The notes beneath the pieces are model-generated. The model did not search any database. It worked only from the letters and a program-made list of their open reading frames with translations, and had not been told where the DNA came from. The position numbers and the translations under genes are program-made. DNA of 12,823 bases from Planctomycetota bacterium (GTDB lineage: Bacteria; Planctomycetota; GCA-002687715; DRQF01), in the NCBI GenBank assembly GCA_027001995.1, contig JALTLO010000043.1, forward strand, positions 62,906 to 75,728. The letters run 5' to 3'. Shown one piece after another: positions 7,876 to 12,823 of the stretch; the first letter of the stretch is position 1; every line of letters begins with the position of its first letter.

Positions 7876-8195
7876 GCAGCGCGACGGTAGAAGGACAAGA
7901 GACCGCCGAGTCGTTCGTCACTTGAGTTGTGAAGAAATCAGAGGCTGCGAGCGTCGACCAATGGCTGCGCAAGACCTGCGCCCACCTGGTCTTTTTTCCG
8001 CCCACGGGCGCGGCCTCGATTCCATGATTCTGAAGAATGCGTTTGCCGACGCTGTGTTTCAGTCAAACGGATCCTTTTTTGTCCCGAGTTGTGCCTTGAG
8101 GACTCGGTTCTCTTCACGGAGGTAGTCCAAACCTTCTGGTGTTCTCGATTCAGCCTGCCAGCGAGGGTTGCGACGAGGAGGAGAGTTCTTCTTGG
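7876..8195 (-). repeat. Integrase-core transposase remnant, copy B (direct repeat of copy A, further deleted)
   Basis: 7876-7921 matches 5806-5851. 7926-8185 matches about 6168-6427, with roughly 20 differences in ~260 nt by hand count. The ~310 nt between these blocks in copy A is absent. Confidence 0.9.
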
Positions 8196-8352
8196 AGGTC
8201 GGACCTCAAAACTCAGATGGGTTAACGAGGCAATTACAACCAACCCATTTCGCTGCCGCATGCAGAGGCATAAGCTGACCGCTGTGGGGGCCCCTGTGCT
8301 TCAACCACTCCCAAGGGAAGTAGCACAAGATCCCAATCCAAACACTCTTCAA

Positions 8353-8598
8353 ACCAAACGCTTGGTTAAGTCGCCAAAAATCTATGTTCGCGATTCTGGG
8401 CTACTCCATGCTCTCTTGAGTATTCCGGAACATGATGTCTTGCTATCTCACCCTCAGCGTGGCGGATCATGGGAGGGTTACGTTATCGAGAATCTCTGTG
8501 CCAACATCCCCAAGAACTGGAAAGTGAGCTACTACCGAACGAGTGCACAAGCCGAAATCGACCTTGTCTTGGAAACTCTCCGCAAACGAACTTTCGCC
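8353..8598 (+). pseudogene. Isolated DUF4143-domain fragment of a second AAA ATPase gene
   Basis: KRLVKSPKIYVRDSGLLHALL...SHP..GGSWEGYVIE...SYYRT....EIDLVLET aligns with KRIIKMPKLHFYDTGLVCWLL...SHP..GTILESWVVSE...SFYRD....EADLVIET of the 6545-7720 protein. There are no Walker motifs upstream and no EVK motif downstream. Confidence 0.8.
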
Positions 8599-8945
8599 GG
8601 CGTTTCAAAAATATCCAAAATAAATCGAGACTGTTCTTCACTGTTCTTGATGCACCTTCCATAGTGCACATCAGGTAAAGAGATGGGCAAAGGCGTCCAT
8701 CGGCACAAGACGAAAAATAAGATTGCGATTTTCATACGAAAATCTGTGTGCGGTATCGATTTGCTTGGCTTTGCGCATATCTGGCGTGGAGCAAAGCAAC
8801 ACGTAGAGCACCAATACGTCTGTTTCTTGCGAAACAAGACGTGGAGGTTTGGCGCCCCTGGGTTTCGAGGAAATCAAGACGCAGGGGAGAATTTTGTCTT
8901 GGGTGATAATTGGAAATCTACGAGAAATGAGAGGGATATTTGTTG

Positions 8946-10363
8946 ATGAGAATCATTAAGTTTATGGTCTTGATAGTTGTCCTCGGCGGAAACGTCGCAG
9001 CGCAGACTTTTGAGTTGCCAAGTTGTCCTGCCCCGGGTGATGATCGTTTTTGGTTTGGTGGTTGCTGTACAACCCCAAATGGGACTTTCAGCACGCCAAC
9101 GCTCGGTGAAGAGGATGGTATTGATATGCCAGCTCAGTGGGCGTCGATTACGGATTGCGGTGTGGCGGTTGAAGAACAGCTGGAGATCAACATAAAGATG
9201 AAGTCCACCGTTCCAGCTCCGTTACCCCCAAATTCCAATATCGGGATGATCGCCTGTGATGATGTTTTGTTTCAGATTTCGGCCACCAATGCAGGAGGCA
9301 CGTTAGCCTTCACCATCGGTAGTACGCTGACTGGACCAGGGAGGTTGAATTGGCTTTTGGGTAAGTACTCCCGTACATGGGAGGCATCAGAATGGGACTA
9401 GAGTTCAGCACTATCGCTATCTTTTTGGTGGAGAAGCAACATTCTCAACTCCTTTGCACCCCTTGGTCCCAGCATGTGAAGCCACCGAAACAACAGTGAT
9501 GATGAATGGATACATTGATCTGAGTTGCACACCTGGTTCGCCCGGAAGCGCCGATCCACCTATGCCCCCAACTCCAGCGACTTTGAACGTTAGCTTGGTT
9601 CTCTCCCATTATGATGGCTGTCAAAGTCACCTCGACACGCCACTAAACACCCACGGGATTCCTGGCACGCCAGCGGCTAAGCATGTAGGCACTAGTTATC
9701 ACTTGGTCGCCCCCAATAATTTTGATTTTGCAGCTGGACTGCTGAACCCTGTTGCGGACCTCACGATTGTGAATGGTTCGCTTGATGCAGTGAGAAGTAC
9801 CGTGTCTCGAACTACGACGTCACGCGCTGGGAGCACCGGGGGAACACCATCTGGCATGGGGCCTCAATGTTTGACCGAATCGCCTTTGACGTTGGTCAAC
9901 GCGCTTTATAGCTACTCTGATTGCGTATGTGCAACCAATCCGCAATCGCCACGCTATGTCCATCAAAATATTTCCGGAAGGACAAATTGCACCACCGGCA
10001 CTTCTTGGAGTTCAATTTCCGTGGTGCCCGAGATTCCCACAGGGTTCTTTCAGTTTCACCTCGGAGCGTGGCGGCCGACTGCGCGATTTGATGTGCGTGA
10101 CGTTTACCCTCAACCAATCTTGGGGACGATCGGCTACCTGGATCAATGCGATACTGTGCTGAATCGGGCAGAAGACTGGCACATTGTGTTCGGTGTCAAT
10201 ACCTATTATTCGCAGGATACTTCGGGCCTTAATCCGAATCACAATGTTCCCTGGTTATTTGTGGGCGGGAATGCCACAAGGCTGAAATTCTGTCGATGGT
10301 CTTGATCTTAACATCGTGGGAAGTCCCGCATACATGAATATTCTCTGGATGATTTCTCGTTAG
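8946..10363 (+). pseudogene. Secreted Cys/His-rich hypothetical protein, apparently one ~470-codon gene with two +1 frameshifts (track ORFs 8940-9401 and 9454-10305)
   Basis: SD GAGGGA at 8931-8936 and signal peptide MRIIKFMVLIVVLGGNVAA|Q. The frame of ORF2 is open upstream of the ORF1 stop (..NGTRVQHYRYLFGG..) and has only a TTG start. A third frame, 10286-10363 (NSVDGLDLNIVGSPAYMNILWMISR*), ends on the SD of the next gene. Confidence 0.65.
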
Positions 10364-10372
10364 GAGCTGCTC

Positions 10373-12202
10373 ATGAGATTCTTGATGGGTTTTCTCGTTT
10401 TCCTTCTGGCAGCCAATTGCGTTTGTTGGAGTCAGGCGACTCTCAACGTCCCGAGTGCTTCGTATCCGACAATTCAATCGGCGATCAATGCCGCGGCACA
10501 AGGTGACAGGGTGCTTGTGGGGGCGGGGACATTCGTCGAGAATCTTGTGTTTCCTTCCAAAGATTTTCACCTGCTGGGAGCCGGGCCCAATCAAACTGTC
10601 ATTGACGGAAACCTCACGGGTTCGTGCCTTCAGTTTACCCAGCCGGTGTCAAATGCCATGGTGGTTGAGGGGTTTAAGTTGACGAACGGCCTTGGTACAC
10701 CCACGAATGGTCCCTCGCCTGTTCCTGGTGGTCTTGTTCCTTCTGGAGGAGCAATCTTCATTTCTATTGGCGGAAACACCGTTGGGCCTCAAATTTCCCC
10801 AATTTTTAAGAACTGTGTGATTGCTCAAAATGTCTCATCAGTTCAGGGGGGTGGTGTGTTTATTCGTTTTGGGGGTAATGTCGTCTTTGAGGACTGCCTG
10901 TTTGATGGTAACCAAACAGCAGGTGGGCATGGTGCAGCTGTGTCTGGTGAATTTGGGAAAACGGCACTGATATTCAAAGGTTGTACCTTTGTGAATCATT
11001 CTGGTTCTGGGGAGACCGTCTTCTTGCGTGGATGTTCTCTACGAGCAGTTGGATGCCGATTCGAAAACAACACAGCCGCAAATAGAAGCGGAATATCTTA
11101 CACGGATGCGGGGGCAAACATGCCGCCATTCTGCGAGATCCGAGGCTGCAGTTTCATTGGCAACATCAACAGCAGCCTGGGTGTCCCTACATTCCTTACA
11201 AATGGAATTGTTCTCAGTGTCGATATTCAGGCGCCCGCAATCATAGAGAATTGTCTTTTTGCACGAAATGTCGCAGGTACCTTTGTGGCAGGTTTTCTCG
11301 GAATTACGCCGTCGGTTCGGAATTGTACGTTTGCTGACAACCAACTCTCTTCTAACATGGCTGTGGTTTTGGCAGTCAGTACCTACCTGTTTATGGGTAC
11401 AACCCGAGTCGAGAATTGCATTTTCGCAGGAAACGTGGTGACAGGTGGAATCATCTCTCCTCCCGTCGTATCGTCCTACCCTCTCAACTACACCGAAATC
11501 GGCTCAATAATAGAAGACCCCACCAACGTTGCCACATTTGTTGCACCAGACTTCATCGACCCTCTCAACAATGACTATCACTTAAAACCAGGCTCTGTTG
11601 GCATTGATGGTGGCACTTGGGCTGGGTTAGTTCCTTATCCCGGCCTGCCGGACGATGCGGTTGACTTGGATGGCAACCCCCGTGTTCGCATGACAGAAGT
11701 TGACGCGGGTTGCTATGAGGCCCAACATGTCGCCTACCACCCGGCGATGAATGGCCGGGTTGGTGAGACCTCTGGTGGGCCTTTTGATGTCTTGCAGGTG
11801 AATGGTTCCGCTGGTGATATCTTCAGGACAGTGACTGTGCCATTGGGGACGGCTTCTACCTTGACGATGCTGCAACCTTCCAACGTGGCTAACCCGGCTA
11901 GTTTCGCCATCTTCGGCATGGTGGGGGAAGCCCAGTTTGAACTTGTCACCACAGTTCCCTTGGGCATTGGCGAAATGATCTTCCCGCCGTGCCCATTACT
12001 GCCTTTCATCCCCGACTTGTTTACTTTGACGAATAACTTCGGGCCTTCCTGTGCTCAGGTCGTTGGCTCAACTCCAACGCCTTGGACATCAATCCAATTT
12101 CCTCCCATTGGCTTCCCTATTACCTTGACCTTTCAAGGAATCATTGAGGAATCTCCTGGGGTTTATGTGCCAACCAATGGCGTGATCTACAGGGCAGAGT
12201 AA
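10373..12202 (+). CDS. Secreted right-handed parallel beta-helix repeat protein (pectin-lyase-like fold) with a C-terminal extension domain
   Basis: 609 aa. SD AGGAG at 10362-10366 and a signal peptide. N-cap VPSASYPTIQSAINAA..GD.VLV..GT..EN. Repeats GGAI/GGGV and xCxFxxN. DYHLKPGSVGIDGG and DLDGNPRV....DAGCYE (choice-of-anchor-Q-like). A ~155 aa C-terminal domain ends FQGII...PTNGVIYRAE. Confidence 0.85.
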   Translation: MRFLMGFLVFLLAANCVCWSQATLNVPSASYPTIQSAINAAAQGDRVLVGAGTFVENLVFPSKDFHLLGAGPNQTVIDGNLTGSCLQFTQPVSNAMVVEGFKLTNGLGTPTNGPSPVPGGLVPSGGAIFISIGGNTVGPQISPIFKNCVIAQNVSSVQGGGVFIRFGGNVVFEDCLFDGNQTAGGHGAAVSGEFGKTALIFKGCTFVNHSGSGETVFLRGCSLRAVGCRFENNTAANRSGISYTDAGANMPPFCEIRGCSFIGNINSSLGVPTFLTNGIVLSVDIQAPAIIENCLFARNVAGTFVAGFLGITPSVRNCTFADNQLSSNMAVVLAVSTYLFMGTTRVENCIFAGNVVTGGIISPPVVSSYPLNYTEIGSIIEDPTNVATFVAPDFIDPLNNDYHLKPGSVGIDGGTWAGLVPYPGLPDDAVDLDGNPRVRMTEVDAGCYEAQHVAYHPAMNGRVGETSGGPFDVLQVNGSAGDIFRTVTVPLGTASTLTMLQPSNVANPASFAIFGMVGEAQFELVTTVPLGIGEMIFPPCPLLPFIPDLFTLTNNFGPSCAQVVGSTPTPWTSIQFPPIGFPITLTFQGIIEESPGVYVPTNGVIYRAE

Positions 12203-12206
12203 AACC

Positions 12207-12295
12207 ATGAGATTCTTTTCCTTCTTTTTGGTTTCTTGCTTTCTAATCATTGGGGCACCAGTCCTTTTGGCACAGGCTCCTTCCTCGCCATTGGC
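12207..12295 (+). pseudogene. 5' end of a secreted-protein gene interrupted by an IS5-family element
   Basis: ATG 4 nt after the previous stop. It encodes signal peptide MRFFSFFLVSCFLIIGAPVLLA|QAPSSPL, then runs directly into the IS terminal repeat. Confidence 0.7.
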
Positions 12296-12823
12296 TGTCT
12301 TGGTGCACAAATCACGATTTCGTGTAAGATCCATCAATACTCACGAATTTGAGGACGCCGATGAGCACTTTCAAGCGCAATCAGAGAAAGTACGTAACGA
12401 AGAGCTATCGTGTTCGAAACTGGCGTAAGTATGAAGCTGGTCTCAGAGCTCGCGGGAGCCTCAATGTCTGGATCTCCATCGTCGAAGGCAAGCTTGCGAA
12501 TTGGGACGCGCCTCGGCCCAGAACGAGGAAGCCTGGCCGCCAACGCAAGTATTCGAACTACGCAATTGAAACAGCAGTCACTCTGGGTATGGTGTTTCAA
12601 ATGTCGTCGAGGCAGAGCGAGGGCTTCCTGAGATCATTGTTTGCTCTGTTGAAACTGGACAACGATGTCCCTGACCACACCACGATTTCAAGGCGGAAGG
12701 CGAAGTTGGGCAAGGTGGCCTTTTGTCATGAGGATCGCAAGTCGCCGATTCACATAATGATCGATAGTAGCGGCCTTTCTGTCCACGTTGGACAACTCCG
12801 CAAACCAACCAAGAACAGGGACT
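12296..12823 (+). mobile_element. IS5 family, IS903-group insertion sequence (left part; continues beyond the window)
   Basis: Putative left IR TGTCTTGGTGCACAAATC (12296-12313) resembles the IS903 IR GGCTTTGTTGAATAAATC as I recall it. The exact boundary is uncertain by a few bases. The transposase ORF follows. Confidence 0.8.
12361..12823 (+). CDS. IS5 (IS903-group) transposase, N-terminal part; absent from the ORF track because no stop lies in the window
   Basis: Hand translation: MSTFKRNQRKYVTKSYRVRNWRKYEAGLRARGSLNVW...GRQRKYSNYAIE...RQSEGFLRSLF.LL....VPDHTTISRR...IHIMIDSSGL. GAGG(A) at 12351-12355 upstream. Confidence 0.92.
   Translation, partial: MSTFKRNQRKYVTKSYRVRNWRKYEAGLRARGSLNVWISIVEGKLANWDAPRPRTRKPGRQRKYSNYAIETAVTLGMVFQMSSRQSEGFLRSLFALLKLDNDVPDHTTISRRKAKLGKVAFCHEDRKSPIHIMIDSSGLSVHVGQLRKPTKNRD

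Noticed and set aside
8070..8086. A-AAA-AAG on the minus strand of remnant copy B as a programmed -1 frameshift site
   Set aside because: A -1 shift leads to GGA TCC GTT TGA (stop). The homologous RIRLT frame needs +1, and copy A lacks the run (ACA AGA AAG).
6071..8125. Plus-strand ORFs 6071-6367 and 7493-8125 with similar C-termini, as a paralogous pair
   Set aside because: The similarity only reflects the antisense strand of the duplicated transposase remnants.
5806..8195. The diverged repeat pair as a DGR template/variable repeat
   Set aside because: Mismatches are not confined to adenines on one strand, indels are present, and no reverse transcriptase is in the window.
8089..8664. 191-aa ORF as a real gene
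   Set aside because: It is chimeric. The N-terminus is the antisense of remnant copy B plus spacer DNA, and only about 8353-8598 has DUF4143 similarity.
8630..8946. ACTGTTCTT tandem duplication (8630-8648) and short ORFs 8532-8837, 8671-8877 and 8683-8946
   Set aside because: The repeat is too short to interpret, and the ORFs have no motifs or convincing coding character, so the region is treated as intergenic.
8946..10363. Cys/His-rich protein as a multiheme cytochrome
   Set aside because: No CxxCH motif is present.
12207..12428. 73-aa ORF as a complete small protein
   Set aside because: After about codon 30 it reads through the IS end and overlaps the transposase in another frame.

Overview
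This is a bacterial window with Planctomycetota-like gene content (my inference from protein style, not verified). It has three parts. (1) 1-5730: four + strand genes, encoding the 3' end of a hydantoinase B/5-oxoprolinase, a secreted ~640 aa protein with repeated GxDxxxGTxDD loops, a crotonase-family enoyl-CoA isomerase/hydratase and a lipoprotein dipeptidyl peptidase III (M49), closed by a hairpin terminator. (2) 5802-8600: a mosaic mobile-DNA patch. An intact AAA_14/DUF4143-type ATPase gene, with a perfect 37-bp palindrome over its putative promoter, lies between two directly repeated, internally deleted copies of an integrase-core (rve-type) transposase gene. The two copies share the same lesions. 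A stray fragment of a second DUF4143 gene follows. (3) 8946-12823: a putative operon of secreted proteins, comprising a Cys/His-rich gene apparently split by two frameshifts, a beta-helix protein and a third gene cut by an IS5/IS903-group element that runs off the window. The most promising leads are a C-terminal motif shared by two unrelated secreted proteins (possible sorting signal), Gln at +1 in all four predicted SPI substrates, and the remnant-flanked, operator-controlled ATPase cassette. All family assignments come from motif recognition by eye; no searches were run.
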